A DNA stretch of 64,000 bases from an uncultured Schleiferiaceae bacterium (GTDB taxonomy: Bacteria; Bacteroidota; Bacteroidia; Flavobacteriales; Schleiferiaceae): positions 23,481 through 87,480 of the forward strand of contig CBFHKC010000006.1 of assembly GCA_965656315.1 (NCBI GenBank), in the 5' to 3' direction. Within the stretch, counting starts at the first letter, position 1. The number at the start of each line of letters is the position of its first letter. The notes beneath the pieces were generated by a model. That model was not told the DNA's origin, searched no databases, and saw nothing but the letters and a program-made list of their open reading frames with translations. Of the stretch, positions 9,774-20,022 are shown in pieces. Position numbers and translations under genes: made by a program.

Positions 9774-10544
9774 TTATTTGCGGATGAGTCCACGCGAGCT
9801 TGTTGCGATAAAATCTAAGATGCTCGAGCGATGTGGAGAAGCTGCGATGTCTTTTTTTACGACCTCTACCGCTTGAGATATGTTTTTACCGCTTTGGTAC
9901 AACGTGCGATAGATGTCTTGAATCAGAGCGATTTCTTCGTTCGAAAAATTACGTCGCTTGAGACCGACGCTGTTTACACCTGCATAGGTGAGGGGATCGC
10001 CTGCTGCAGTGATGAATGGTGGGACATCTTTGCGAATCATAGCACCTCCGCCTACCATGACGTGTGGGCCGATTTTGACGAATTGGTGTACAGCAGATAA
10101 TCCAGAGATGATGGCCCAGTCACCGATCTCTACATGACCGGCCAAAGCTACTGAGTTGACCAAGATGACGTGATCTCCCAGGATACAGTCGTGAGCAATG
10201 TGTACATAGGCCATGATGAGGCAATGTGCACCGACGACTGTTTTGCCATAAGCTTTAGTTCCTCGGTTGATGGTGACACATTCACGAATGGTCGTGTCGT
10301 CACCGATCTCCACTAACGTTTCTTCGCCGTCGAACTTAAGGTCTTGAGGAATGGCTGATATGACTGCGCCAGAGAAGATTCGACAATTGGCTCCGATGCG
10401 CGCACCATTCATGATGGTTACGTTCGGTCCGATCCAAGTTCCCGCTCCAATCTCTACATCGGCATCGATGCTCGTGAAGGGTCCTATTTCGACGTTGTCG
10501 CCGATACGGGCTTCAGGATGTACGCTGGAGAATTGGTGAATCAT
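9774..10544 (-). CDS. lpxA: acyl-ACP--UDP-N-acetylglucosamine O-acyltransferase
   Basis: It has hexapeptide (left-handed beta-helix) repeats, a C-terminal helical domain, is 256 aa long and sits directly downstream of lpxC/fabZ. Confidence 0.9.
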   Translation of the reverse strand: MIHQFSSVHPEARIGDNVEIGPFTSIDADVEIGAGTWIGPNVTIMNGARIGANCRIFSGAVISAIPQDLKFDGEETLVEIGDDTTIRECVTINRGTKAYGKTVVGAHCLIMAYVHIAHDCILGDHVILVNSVALAGHVEIGDWAIISGLSAVHQFVKIGPHVMVGGGAMIRKDVPPFITAAGDPLTYAGVNSVGLKRRNFSNEEIALIQDIYRTLYQSGKNISQAVEVVKKDIAASPHRSSILDFIATSSRGLIRK

Positions 10545-11921
10545 CTATTTTGTAATCTGCGCCATTAGTTCAGCCTCACTTACTAGGGTGTTACCGACAA
10601 AGGCTCTTCCTAGCATGTGTACGATTCCACGACGGATCGGGCTGATGAGTTTTAAATCAAAAATTAGTGTGTCTCCAGGAACCACCTTCTGCTTGAATTT
10701 GACGTTGTCCATTTTCATGAAGTAGGTCAAATAGTTTTCTGGATCCGGTACAGAACTTAGTGCAAGAATCCCGCCACATTGTGCCATAGCCTCAATCTGA
10801 AGTACACCAGGCATCACAGGAGCGCCAGGAAAGTGTCCCACAAAGAACGGTTCATTCATGGTTACGGCTTTCACCCCAACCACGCGGTCCTCTGATAAGC
10901 TGATGATTTTATCCACCAATAAGAATGGAGAGCGGTGCGGGATGAGTTCCATGATGTCCTCCACAGTTTTGAGCGGTGGAAGGTTTGGATCGTATTTCGG
11001 TGCTTGTGGACGACTTTCTTGCTTCTTGATCTTCGCTGCAAGCGCCTTGGTGAATTCTGCATTCACTCCGTGTCCAGGCTTAGTTGCGATGATACGCGCC
11101 TTTAATGGACGTCCGAGCAATGCGATGTCTCCCACTACATCGAGGAGTTTATGACGTGCTGCCTCGTTAGAGAAGCGCAGGTCGATATTGTTTAGTGTTC
11201 CAAAAGAGGTAACATCTACGTCTTCACGATTGAATGCCTTTTTGAGTTTCTCTAAAGTCTCCGGAGCAATCTCTTGGTCTACGTAAACGATTGCATTGTT
11301 TAGATCGCCACCTTGAATGAGTCCTTGGTCGAGTAATGGAACCAATTCTCTCAAGAAGCTGAACGTTCGTGCACTGGCGATTTCTTCACGGAAATCAGTC
11401 ATTTTGTTAAGCTGAGCGTGTTGAGGACCTAACACTGAGCTGCCGTAGTCAATCAACGCACTCACTTCAAAGTCTTCGCTTGGAAGTGCCATGATTTCTG
11501 AGCCGTCTTCGTCCTTAAAGATGAAAGGCTCTTCTAGGGTGTAGAAGTTTTTCTCTTCACTCTGCTCTTCGATTCCCGCGTCATTAATCAAATCTACGAT
11601 AGGTGCAGCGGATCCATCTAGGATAGGCACTTCGCTACCGTTTAATTCAATGCGTAAATTATCGATACCAAGTGCATACAAGCTTGCCATCAAATGCTCT
11701 ACCGTGCCTACACTAACATCACCCTTCTGAAGGATGGTTTGGCGGTTTGTGCGGTTGATGTGTTTTGCAAGTGCAGGAATTTCAACATTGTCAGCATCCG
11801 TGCGGACAAAAACGATTCCTGTGTTTATATCAGAAGGTAGGAGAGTGACGTGTACATTTTCACCAGTGTGCAATGCGTTTCCGTCGAATGAAGCTGCTTT
11901 AGCAAGTGTTTTTTGCATCAT
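10545..11921 (-). CDS. lpxC/fabZ: bifunctional UDP-3-O-acyl-GlcNAc deacetylase / 3-hydroxyacyl-ACP dehydratase
   Basis: The N-terminal half is LpxC-like (TVEHLMASLYALGIDN, HGVNAEF). The C-terminal half is FabZ hot-dog (LIPHRSPFLLVDKI..GHFPGAPVMPGVLQIEAMAQ). This fusion is characteristic of Bacteroidota. Confidence 0.9.
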   Translation of the reverse strand: MMQKTLAKAASFDGNALHTGENVHVTLLPSDINTGIVFVRTDADNVEIPALAKHINRTNRQTILQKGDVSVGTVEHLMASLYALGIDNLRIELNGSEVPILDGSAAPIVDLINDAGIEEQSEEKNFYTLEEPFIFKDEDGSEIMALPSEDFEVSALIDYGSSVLGPQHAQLNKMTDFREEIASARTFSFLRELVPLLDQGLIQGGDLNNAIVYVDQEIAPETLEKLKKAFNREDVDVTSFGTLNNIDLRFSNEAARHKLLDVVGDIALLGRPLKARIIATKPGHGVNAEFTKALAAKIKKQESRPQAPKYDPNLPPLKTVEDIMELIPHRSPFLLVDKIISLSEDRVVGVKAVTMNEPFFVGHFPGAPVMPGVLQIEAMAQCGGILALSSVPDPENYLTYFMKMDNVKFKQKVVPGDTLIFDLKLISPIRRGIVHMLGRAFVGNTLVSEAELMAQITK

Positions 11922-11923
11922 AA

Positions 11924-12850
11924 CTATTCGCCTTGTTTTTTGAAGGCGGCAAATGATTTTAAATAATGTCTATGGTTCAAGGCAGGCGTGCCAAAGATAG
12001 TTTTATTGTCGCTAACATCTGCCATGACGCCACTTTGGGCTAGGATGGTGACTTTGTCGCCAATTTTTAAGTGTCCGGCGATGCCAACTTGGCCTGCTAA
12101 AACGCAATGATTCCCGATGGATGTAGATCCTGCAATCCCAGTCTGGGCAGCGATTACAGTGTGTTTTCCAATCTGTACATTGTGCGCAATCATACACAGG
12201 TTATCTACTTTTGATCCTTCGCCTATGCGAGTCGATCCGAGTGCCGCACGATCCACTGTGGTATTTGCTCCGATGTATACGTTGTCTTCTAAAACGACAT
12301 TTCCGAGCTGAGGAATGCGGTGATAATGCCCGTTTTCATCAGGCACCCAGCCAAAACCTTCCCCTCCCAATACAGCTCCTGAGTCCACGATGCAGTCATC
12401 TCCGATCTGGGTACCTCGTAAGATTTTTGCTCCTGCACGAATTTCCGAGCGTGCACCGATACGTACGCCCGATTCGATAATCACAGTACTACTGATCACG
12501 GCCGTTTCATGAATCTCAGCATCTACTGCAATGTTGCTAGCAGCAGGTGTTTTGGAGACAAATCGCCCTTCAATCATATGCAGATGTTTTGCAAACAGCA
12601 TATACGGTTGGTCGGTCTCGACCACCGTCGCGTCACAGGAAAGTGAGGTGCCGACAGCGGCGATGATTGCGGTTGCAGATGACGTGTTTGCTTGGTCCAC
12701 ATATTTTGGATTGGACAAGAAGCTCAAGTCACCAGGGCCGGCATCTGCTAAGGTGGCAACCCCTGTAATAGCCATGTTTTCCCATCCCGCTTTGGGGGTG
12801 AGGCCTAGGGCTTTTGTGATTTCAGAGAGGGGGAGTGCTTCGTGCCTCAT
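11924..12850 (-). CDS. lpxD: UDP-3-O-(3-hydroxyacyl)glucosamine N-acyltransferase
   Basis: The N-terminal domain carries [10 protein letters not shown] followed by long hexapeptide repeats. It occupies the lpxD position in the lipid A operon. Its ATG overlaps the upstream stop (ATGA). Confidence 0.85.
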   Translation of the reverse strand: MRHEALPLSEITKALGLTPKAGWENMAITGVATLADAGPGDLSFLSNPKYVDQANTSSATAIIAAVGTSLSCDATVVETDQPYMLFAKHLHMIEGRFVSKTPAASNIAVDAEIHETAVISSTVIIESGVRIGARSEIRAGAKILRGTQIGDDCIVDSGAVLGGEGFGWVPDENGHYHRIPQLGNVVLEDNVYIGANTTVDRAALGSTRIGEGSKVDNLCMIAHNVQIGKHTVIAAQTGIAGSTSIGNHCVLAGQVGIAGHLKIGDKVTILAQSGVMADVSDNKTIFGTPALNHRHYLKSFAAFKKQGE

Positions 12851-14085
12851 AACAAATGTTTTAGTTCTCTTGGGTAGCAGATAAAGTGACGCTCTACCGG
12901 CTCGCTCAATGCTTGAATGGTCATCTGATCGGCAGCTTTGCTGATGTCGCTTGTGCTGCCGTCTTTGTAGAGTAGGTTGATGTGTCCCTTTTTATTGTTG
13001 TAGGCGTGATTCTTGACTTTATCCACGATAAGCATGTAGTCTTCTTCGCCATGTTCAAACCCGTACTGCGTTCGAATACCTTCGGCCAATTTTTCGGGTA
13101 ACACCGCATCGAATGGTTCTGCTTGAAGTTTGATCTTGAGCAAATTGCGATGTACGATACGCTTACTGAGGTCGCTAAGAATCAAATCTTCGTGTGAGGC
13201 CCAGTCCTTGATTGCACTCATCACGTCAAAATCGTCAAGGAGCAAAAATTTAGCGATGATTTCGGGATTTTCCTCGAAGTCGTTCCACGTATAATCGGCA
13301 CCTAAAAAATGCTGTAGCGCAGCAGTGCCTGGTAGTGGGACCCCTTTTTCTGCTAGGTATTTTGCACGTTTAAGTATGTTGACCAGCATGAATTCGGCAC
13401 TCAAAACCGTTTTATGCATGTAAACTTGCCAGTACATGAGGCGTCTAGCCACTAAAAATTTCTCGACGCTGTAGATGCCTTTAGAGTCGACCACGAGCTG
13501 GTCGTCCCTAACGTTGAGCATGGTGAGGAGGCGTTCTGAATTGACACTGCCTTCCGTAACTCCCGAGTAGAACGAGTCGCGACGCAAATAATCGAGTCGG
13601 TCCATGTCCAGTTGTGAGGAGATGAGTTGGTGTAAGAATGCTTTTGGGTAGTTGTTGGTGAAGATGTCAATAGCAAGCGAAAGAGCACCGTCAAATTCTT
13701 CATTCAAATCTTCCATGATCTTCAGACTCAGCGCTTCGTGACTAACGCCTGGGATTAGAGTGTGCTCTAAAGCGTGGGAGAATGGACCGTGACCTACGTC
13801 GTGAAGTAAGATGGCGACGAGTACACCGCGCTCTTCTTCTGCGCTAATCTCATGACCTTTTTGTCGCAATGTGTAAATCGCTCTGCCCATAAGGTGCATG
13901 GCCCCGATGGCATGATGGAATCTAGTATGGTAAGCACCCGGGTACACCAGATAAGTGAGCCCTAGTTGAGAGATGCGTCGTAAACGCTGGAACGAGGGAT
14001 GGTCGATGAGCTTGAAAATTAGCTCGTCTTTGATGGTAATAAACCCATAGATCGGGTCGTTAATGATTTTGTTCTTTGTGCTCAA
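12847..14085 (-). CDS. HD-domain metal-dependent phosphohydrolase
   Basis: It carries [11 protein letters not shown] and [14 protein letters not shown] motifs. The N-terminus [12 protein letters not shown] is typical of this family. The TTG start at 14085 is the only in-frame start near the conserved N-terminus. Confidence 0.75.
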   Translation of the reverse strand: MSTKNKIINDPIYGFITIKDELIFKLIDHPSFQRLRRISQLGLTYLVYPGAYHTRFHHAIGAMHLMGRAIYTLRQKGHEISAEEERGVLVAILLHDVGHGPFSHALEHTLIPGVSHEALSLKIMEDLNEEFDGALSLAIDIFTNNYPKAFLHQLISSQLDMDRLDYLRRDSFYSGVTEGSVNSERLLTMLNVRDDQLVVDSKGIYSVEKFLVARRLMYWQVYMHKTVLSAEFMLVNILKRAKYLAEKGVPLPGTAALQHFLGADYTWNDFEENPEIIAKFLLLDDFDVMSAIKDWASHEDLILSDLSKRIVHRNLLKIKLQAEPFDAVLPEKLAEGIRTQYGFEHGEEDYMLIVDKVKNHAYNNKKGHINLLYKDGSTSDISKAADQMTIQALSEPVERHFICYPRELKHLL

Positions 14086-14182
14086 TGTGTAATGCTTTAC
14101 CTGAATGCGTAAAATTACTTCACGCTGCTTAGGGTTGAGGCCTTGAAGCGTATTACTTTTAACAAGAATAAAACGATCAATT

Positions 14183-15727
14183 ATGCCAAATATTTTATGG
14201 GTAGACGATGAGATAGATATGCTGAAAGGGCATCTGATGTTCCTCGAAGGGAAAGGCTATACGTTTGAAACTTGTAACAATGGTTCGGATGCTCTCGATG
14301 TGATTTCTGAACAGGCGTTTGATGCAGTGTTCTTGGATGAAAACATGCCCGGTTTGAGTGGTTTGGAGACGCTGGAAAAAATGAAATTGGTACGTCCAGA
14401 AATGCCGATTGTGATGATCACGAAAAGTGAGGAAGAAAGCATCATGGAAATGGCGATCGGGTCGAAAATCGCAGATTATTTGATTAAGCCGGTGAATCCG
14501 AACCAGGTTCTTTTGAGTTTGAAGAAGATTCTAGAAGGACGTGAATTGGTTACACAAGCTACAACGCGCGGATACCAGCAAGTTTTTGGCAAATTGACCA
14601 TGGATATGCAGGGTTTAGATACCTGGGAAGAGTGGTCTGCATTTTATCGGGAACTCCTGCGCTGGGAATTGGAATTAGATAAGGGGAAAGAAGAGGGACT
14701 AAAAGGTGTTTTAGCAACTCAGAAAAAGGAAGCGAATGAGCTTTTTTGTCGCTTCATTTCTAACGAATACGAAGGTTGGTTTTCCGGAAATCAGCGTCCT
14801 ATGCTTTCACACGAGGTGGTCGGAAAGGTAGTAACGCCAAGGCTTCGCCAAGGCGAGAAGTTGTTTTTCGTTGTAGTGGATAATCTGCGTTTCGACCAGT
14901 GGAAAGCGATTGCCCCATCGATCAGCGAAGATTTTACCGTGAAAGAAGAAGGACTCTACAGTTCTATCTTGCCCTCAGCGACGCAATATGCGCGTAATGC
15001 CTTGTTTGCAGGGATGATGCCAATCGAAATTAAAAAGAAGTTTCCGCAGTATTGGAAGGATGAGCACGAAGAAGGCTCGAAGAACGCTTTTGAAGGGGAA
15101 TTGTTTCAAGAACAGCTCAATGCATTGGGTCTAAGTGCTAAGCAAATGCGCTATCACAAGGTGGTGAATTTGCGAGCCGCTACGAAGTTTGTCGACGGTA
15201 TTCACAAGCACAAAGACGCTGATATTGTCGCCTTAGTTTACAATTTCGTAGACACACTCTCACATGCACGAACGGATGTTGAGGTCATTCGTGAACTGGC
15301 CTCTGATGACAGCGCTTACAGGCGACTGACGGCGACTTGGTTTGAAGGTTCTCCGCTTCGCAAGGCTATGCAATGGGCTGCAAAACAAGGCTTTACTATT
15401 GTGGTAACGACCGATCACGGAACCGTTAATGTCAACAAGGCGACTAAAGTAGTGGGCACTAGGGATCTCACTACGAACCTTCGCTTTAAAAACGGCAATG
15501 GCATGAGCTACCAGAATAAGCACAGCTTGGTCGTCAAGGACCCCTCGAGGGTTGGGTTACCTAAAAATCACATTGCAGATGAATTCATTTTTGCTCTGAA
15601 CGATCAGTTCTACGCTTATCCGAATAATTTCAATCACTACGTCCAGTATTACCGAAACACCTATCAGCACGGCGGTGTATCTTTGGAGGAGATGATTATC
15701 CCGTATGCAATTCTCGAAGCAAAGTAG
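14183..15727 (+). CDS. porX: response regulator with C-terminal PglZ/alkaline-phosphatase-like domain (PorX-type T9SS regulator)
   Basis: The CheY-like receiver has ILWVDDE and VFLDENMPG..LIKP. The PglZ-like part has VVVDNLRFDQW and VVTTDHG. The length, 514 aa, matches PorX. Confidence 0.8.
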   Translation: MPNILWVDDEIDMLKGHLMFLEGKGYTFETCNNGSDALDVISEQAFDAVFLDENMPGLSGLETLEKMKLVRPEMPIVMITKSEEESIMEMAIGSKIADYLIKPVNPNQVLLSLKKILEGRELVTQATTRGYQQVFGKLTMDMQGLDTWEEWSAFYRELLRWELELDKGKEEGLKGVLATQKKEANELFCRFISNEYEGWFSGNQRPMLSHEVVGKVVTPRLRQGEKLFFVVVDNLRFDQWKAIAPSISEDFTVKEEGLYSSILPSATQYARNALFAGMMPIEIKKKFPQYWKDEHEEGSKNAFEGELFQEQLNALGLSAKQMRYHKVVNLRAATKFVDGIHKHKDADIVALVYNFVDTLSHARTDVEVIRELASDDSAYRRLTATWFEGSPLRKAMQWAAKQGFTIVVTTDHGTVNVNKATKVVGTRDLTTNLRFKNGNGMSYQNKHSLVVKDPSRVGLPKNHIADEFIFALNDQFYAYPNNFNHYVQYYRNTYQHGGVSLEEMIIPYAILEAK

Positions 15728-16178
15728 TTTCCTCCAATTTGTAGACGTTGCGCTGTCTGATCTTTCAGATGTTGCGCAGCAAATTCTCGAAGCCCAAATC
15801 CACCCTGTCAATGTGCTCGATGCGCCGATGGGTAGCGGAAAAACGACGCTTTGTAATGAATTGGTCAAAGCTTGGGGGAGTGAAGACGCTGGATCATCAC
15901 CCACTTTTGCCTTGATAGAGGAACATTACGGTCCAAAGGGAACCCTGTACCACGTAGATGCCTACCGAATAGAAGACGAAGAAGAGGCATATGGACTCGG
16001 GTTTGAGGAGTATGTTGATGAAAGTACTCCGGTTTGGATTGAATGGGCGGGAAATGTGCAATCTTTCTTACCTTACAAGGTAGGACGGGTCGTCATTACC
16101 ACACAAGAGAATTCGCTGCGAACCATCGAATATCACCCTGAGGTGGCTGCGGCCGAAATAGACTGGAACCATGAGTGA
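15705..16178 (+). CDS. tsaE: tRNA t6A37 biosynthesis ATPase TsaE
   Basis: It has the P-loop APMGSGKTTL, then SPTFALIEEY-like and YHVDAYR motifs. Its ATG overlaps the porX 3' end by 23 nt. Confidence 0.75.
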   Translation: MQFSKQSSFLQFVDVALSDLSDVAQQILEAQIHPVNVLDAPMGSGKTTLCNELVKAWGSEDAGSSPTFALIEEHYGPKGTLYHVDAYRIEDEEEAYGLGFEEYVDESTPVWIEWAGNVQSFLPYKVGRVVITTQENSLRTIEYHPEVAAAEIDWNHE

Positions 16179-17382
16179 ATATATTAGCTGGTCAGAGACG
16201 GCATTCGCGACACAAGAGGAGCGTTTGGCAGTGGATACCAAAGACGCGCAATTGCAGATCGGTATTCCTAAGGAGCACGAGATGAATGAACACCGCATCT
16301 TACTGACCCCTGAAAGTGTTGAGGTCTTGGTCCGAAATGGGCATGAGATTAAAATAGAGAAGGGGGCTGGAAGGCTTGCTGGCTACACGGACGCAATGTA
16401 TGCGGAGGCAGGTGCTTCTATCGTTCAGGGTCCAGAATATGTGTTCGATTGTTCAGTGATCGCCAAGGTCGCTCCTCCGACGCTTGTAGAAATTGATATG
16501 ATGCGTGGCGGTCAAACCCTGATCAGTGCCCTTCAGCTCAGAACTCGTGATCGCGCCTACTTTAAGGCACTTGCGGATAAGAAAATTACGGCACTCGCTT
16601 TAGAGGAAGTCAGAAATAGTGACGATCAGAGTGCACTTAGGATTGCCATGAGTGAGATTGCCGGCCAGATGGCAGCTAGGATTGGGGCAAGCTTACTAGC
16701 TGATGGTGCATCAAGCTCCGGAAAAGGCAAGCTCATGGGCGGTGTTCCTGGGGTAGCCCCAGCGAATGTCGTTGTTATCGGTGGCGGTGTTGCTGGTACT
16801 TCTGCGGCTCGGGCAGCTATCGGGATGGGAGCGTCAGTAGTACTTTTGGATGCTAGCGTAAACCGACTTCGCGACGTGTGTGAACAACTACAGCACAAAG
16901 TGAGTACTGAGGTGCTTCAAGACGTGATTTTATCGAAGCGACTAAGCGAGGCCGATATTGTGATCGGCGCGTTAGCTCCGGTAGAAGGTCGTACACCTAT
17001 TGTGGTGACTGAAGATATGGTCGAGCAGATGAGTAGGGGCAGCGTAATACTTGATATAAGTATCGATCATGGCGGTTGCTTTGAAACCTCGGAGATAACC
17101 TCGCACGAAGAGCCTACGTTTGTACAGGACGGAATCGTTCATTACTGTGTTCCGAATATCGCAAGTGCTGTGGGCCACACGGCGAGTATTGCGATGAGTA
17201 ATTTTGTAACGCCACTACTGGGTGAAATGGCGGCAGGAGGTGGTGTACAAGAATGCTTACATTTTGATCTAAACATTCGAGCTGGACTCTATCTTTACCG
17301 CGGTTTATTGACCAAGCGTCATTTGGGTGAGCATTTTGATCTCCCATTTTCAAATGATTCACTCTTGTTCGGTACGCTGTAA
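16171..17382 (+). CDS. ald: alanine dehydrogenase / PNT-family NAD-dependent dehydrogenase
   Basis: IGIPKEHEMNEHRILLTPESV resembles the AlaDH N-terminus, and VVVIGGGVAGTSAARAA is a Rossmann motif. An N-terminal extension of about 28 aa is present. It overlaps the tsaE stop by 8 nt. Confidence 0.7.
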   Translation: MSEYISWSETAFATQEERLAVDTKDAQLQIGIPKEHEMNEHRILLTPESVEVLVRNGHEIKIEKGAGRLAGYTDAMYAEAGASIVQGPEYVFDCSVIAKVAPPTLVEIDMMRGGQTLISALQLRTRDRAYFKALADKKITALALEEVRNSDDQSALRIAMSEIAGQMAARIGASLLADGASSSGKGKLMGGVPGVAPANVVVIGGGVAGTSAARAAIGMGASVVLLDASVNRLRDVCEQLQHKVSTEVLQDVILSKRLSEADIVIGALAPVEGRTPIVVTEDMVEQMSRGSVILDISIDHGGCFETSEITSHEEPTFVQDGIVHYCVPNIASAVGHTASIAMSNFVTPLLGEMAAGGGVQECLHFDLNIRAGLYLYRGLLTKRHLGEHFDLPFSNDSLLFGTL

Positions 17383-17406
17383 AACCTTTTTAGCTCCCTA
17401 ATTGTC

Positions 17407-17778
17407 ATGGCATTTTTACGTAGACTCTTATTTTACATCATTGGAATCGGTCTCGGAGTTCTCATTGTATTCGCTTTTTTTGGTGATCGTGACCTAGATT
17501 ATGCCTACGGTCCTCAAGCACGTGTGAAAAAGCTGTTTCGCACGAAGGCTGTGGATTCGACGACGTTAGTTCATGAGGTACTGGACCTGAGCAAGGACAG
17601 TTTATACTACCGCGCAGTACACGCGGGAAAAGTACGTTTTGGGAAAAGCGATACACGGAAAGAACCTTGTGGCGAGTACGTATTGTTCGTTTCTCTCGAA
17701 AGCTACCCGTATGAGCTCACTATTGAGAATTGTAAGGATACGGTTCGTGTGCTCGATGTAGTTCGCGTGCAGGACTAA
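17407..17778 (+). CDS. hypothetical protein with an N-terminal TM anchor
   Basis: This ORF has an N-terminal hydrophobic helix LLFYIIGIGLGVLIVFAFF. I recognise no family. Confidence 0.45.
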   Translation: MAFLRRLLFYIIGIGLGVLIVFAFFGDRDLDYAYGPQARVKKLFRTKAVDSTTLVHEVLDLSKDSLYYRAVHAGKVRFGKSDTRKEPCGEYVLFVSLESYPYELTIENCKDTVRVLDVVRVQD

Positions 17779-18938
17779 CCCTTTCTCCTTCTCACTTCTT
17801 TTTGGATAAGACCTAGTTCTCTTCCAGTCTGACCTTCTACGCTGGTATTTTCCTCAGCTCTTCTAAATAGATAGGGGAGTACATCTTTTACCGGGCCGAA
17901 TGGTAAATATTTCGCTACGTTCATCCCAGCCGCTGCAGCGTTAAAGCTGATGTGGTCACTCATTCCGAAGAGTTGAGCAATGTAGATGCGCTCATCGTTA
18001 AGGTTGATCATGAGTTTTTTCATCAAAGAAGAAGCTATCTCCACACTGTCTTCGTTGTGCGTACCTATAACCACAGCCATATGGTCAAGATTAGTGATGC
18101 TTAGGTGTAAAGCGGCATTATAGTCTCGATCCGAAGCTGCCTTATTTGGCTGAATGGGGTCTTCATAGCCCAATTCTGCTGCGCGAGCCCGTTCTTTTTC
18201 CATGTACGCTCCACGCACAATTTTGACACCATATTTGAAACCTTCCTCTTTGGCCAATTCCAAGGCGTCTTCTAATTGCTTTAGACGGTCGTGACGGTAC
18301 ATTTGGGCGGTGTTGTACACAATCGCAGTTTGGCGGTTGTACTGTCGCATGAAATTGATCACCAATTCATCTATCGCAGGCTGAATCCAGCTTTCCTCTG
18401 CATCCACCATGACTCTTACGCGCAAGGTGTCGGCTTTGTCAAAGATCGTTTTCCAACGCTTCACCACGCGGTCCCAAGTAGCTTGTTCCTGGTCAGAAAG
18501 CTTTTCATTCTTACTCACTTTCTCGTAAAGCTCGATGCTGCCCAATCCAGTTGGCTTGAAGACGCCAAAAGGAATGAATGGATGTGTTTTTGCGTGTTCT
18601 AAGGTGTGCAACGTGGTTTGAAGCGTACGGTCAAAGTCAGCTTCTTGCGCCTTGCCTTCTACACTGTAATCAAGAATCGCGCTCACATTCCCTTGAGCTA
18701 AACGACGAATTTGAGCATCGCATTCTTCCACAGTTTCCCCACCACAAAACTGTCTAAAAACAGTCGCTTTAACGATGCCTTTAATAGGTAAACGGAGTTG
18801 AAGACACCCCATGGTTAGCTTCTTGAGGAGATTGACTGTTGAAGGAGAACTGAGCGTTGAAAAGAGCAACTGGCTCTGCTTCAAATCCATGGTCGTCTTC
18901 ATTTTGAAGGCGGTCTCGGTGTTTGAAAAATCAATCAT
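17775..18938 (-). CDS. proline dehydrogenase family protein
   Basis: It has TIM-barrel PRODH-like sequence (ILDYSVEGK, VKIVRGAYMEKE, RRAEENTS near the C-terminus). The start was trimmed to ATG 18938 because the listed start is a TTG. Confidence 0.75.
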   Translation of the reverse strand: MIDFSNTETAFKMKTTMDLKQSQLLFSTLSSPSTVNLLKKLTMGCLQLRLPIKGIVKATVFRQFCGGETVEECDAQIRRLAQGNVSAILDYSVEGKAQEADFDRTLQTTLHTLEHAKTHPFIPFGVFKPTGLGSIELYEKVSKNEKLSDQEQATWDRVVKRWKTIFDKADTLRVRVMVDAEESWIQPAIDELVINFMRQYNRQTAIVYNTAQMYRHDRLKQLEDALELAKEEGFKYGVKIVRGAYMEKERARAAELGYEDPIQPNKAASDRDYNAALHLSITNLDHMAVVIGTHNEDSVEIASSLMKKLMINLNDERIYIAQLFGMSDHISFNAAAAGMNVAKYLPFGPVKDVLPYLFRRAEENTSVEGQTGRELGLIQKEVRRRKG

Positions 18939-18993
18939 TGCACACTGTGTTAGGAAAATCAAATATAGTGCCTAGAAGTGTTATTTTAGAGGT

Positions 18994-20022
18994 GTGAATA
19001 GATCGAACTCTACCCCAGTTTTTGGCCCCGAGGGCTACGTCGTTTTAGACCAATGGTTGTCTGAGCTAAAGCCGTCCAAGACGTTTTTTTTAATTGATTC
19101 TAATACAGCAGTTTGCTTGCCAAAAGTGGTGCAGCAATTACCGCATTTAGATCCTGAATATGAAATACTTGAAATTGAGCCGGGAGAGGATAGTAAAACT
19201 CTAGACTTATCCGCTCAGTTATGGCAGACCTTACTAGACTATGGTGCTGACCGACACAGCGCCTTCATTAATCTCGGTGGCGGTATGATTTGCGACCTAG
19301 GTGCTTTTGTGGCCTCTACGTATAAACGTGGCATTGCCTTCGCTCAAATACCCACTTCTTTATTGGCGATGGTAGATGCCTCTGTCGGAGGTAAGAACGG
19401 CATCAATTTCGGTGGGTTGAAAAACCAAATCGGGGTGTTCCAAACCCCCGATGTCGTCGTCATAGATACCGAACATCTTTCAAGCCTTCCTTCAGAAGAG
19501 TGGAAGAGCGGTCACGGCGAGATGATCAAGCACAGTTTGATTTCCGGTAGTGATTGGCCTTTTGTCTTGTATATGAACCCAGAACAGACCGATGCATCGA
19601 GCATCGAGCGTTCAGTGAGTGTGAAAATGGGTATTGTTTCTGAGGATTTTAAGGAAACTGGTCAACGAAAAGTCTTGAATTTCGGACACACTTTTGGTCA
19701 TGCTTGGGAGAGTCTACATCATAGTAAAGGAGACGATGTTCCCCACGGTATGGCGGTCATTCAAGGACTCCATCTGGCTTTAATGTTAAGTGGTCAGCCT
19801 CATTTGCAAGCTGAATTGGCCAGGGTATATCCATGGAAAAATGTTCTTGATCAGGATTTAGATACACTCTGGAAACTACAGCTTGGCGATAAGAAAAATC
19901 AAAATGGAGAAGTACGTTTTGTATTGTTAAAAGCGCTTGGGAACCCCGTCTATGATCAGCTTGTAGAGCGCTCGGTATGGAAAAAGTGTATTGGAGCTTT
20001 AAATGAGCGTCAACATGGGTGA
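18994..20022 (+). CDS. aroB: 3-dehydroquinate synthase
   Basis: It carries LGGGMICDLGAFVASTYKRGI, VDASVGGKNGINF and LNFGHTFGHA motifs. The start is GTG. Confidence 0.85.
   Translation: MNRSNSTPVFGPEGYVVLDQWLSELKPSKTFFLIDSNTAVCLPKVVQQLPHLDPEYEILEIEPGEDSKTLDLSAQLWQTLLDYGADRHSAFINLGGGMICDLGAFVASTYKRGIAFAQIPTSLLAMVDASVGGKNGINFGGLKNQIGVFQTPDVVVIDTEHLSSLPSEEWKSGHGEMIKHSLISGSDWPFVLYMNPEQTDASSIERSVSVKMGIVSEDFKETGQRKVLNFGHTFGHAWESLHHSKGDDVPHGMAVIQGLHLALMLSGQPHLQAELARVYPWKNVLDQDLDTLWKLQLGDKKNQNGEVRFVLLKALGNPVYDQLVERSVWKKCIGALNERQHG

Noticed and set aside
12847-14085. The HD-domain protein could be a SAMHD1/dGTPase-like anti-phage dNTPase.
   Set aside because: It is translationally coupled (ATGA) to lpxD at the head of the lipid A operon. 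It has no defence-island context, with no mobile genes or other defence genes nearby. A housekeeping role is more likely, and the question is kept only as a low-interest finding about the operon.
14089-14118. An imperfect palindrome, GTAATGCTTTAC...GTAAAATTAC, in the HD/porX divergent spacer.
   Set aside because: The arms match only as 5+5 bp with a 2-nt bulge, and the sequence is AT-rich. That is not distinguishable from chance in a 97-bp AT-rich promoter region.
14183-15727. The PglZ domain could be a sign of a BREX-type phage-defence system.
   Set aside because: The PglZ-like domain is fused to an N-terminal CheY receiver, which is the PorX architecture of the T9SS regulatory pathway. No BREX partners (methyltransferase, BrxC-type ATPase, Lon-like protease) are nearby, and its neighbours are the housekeeping genes tsaE and ald.
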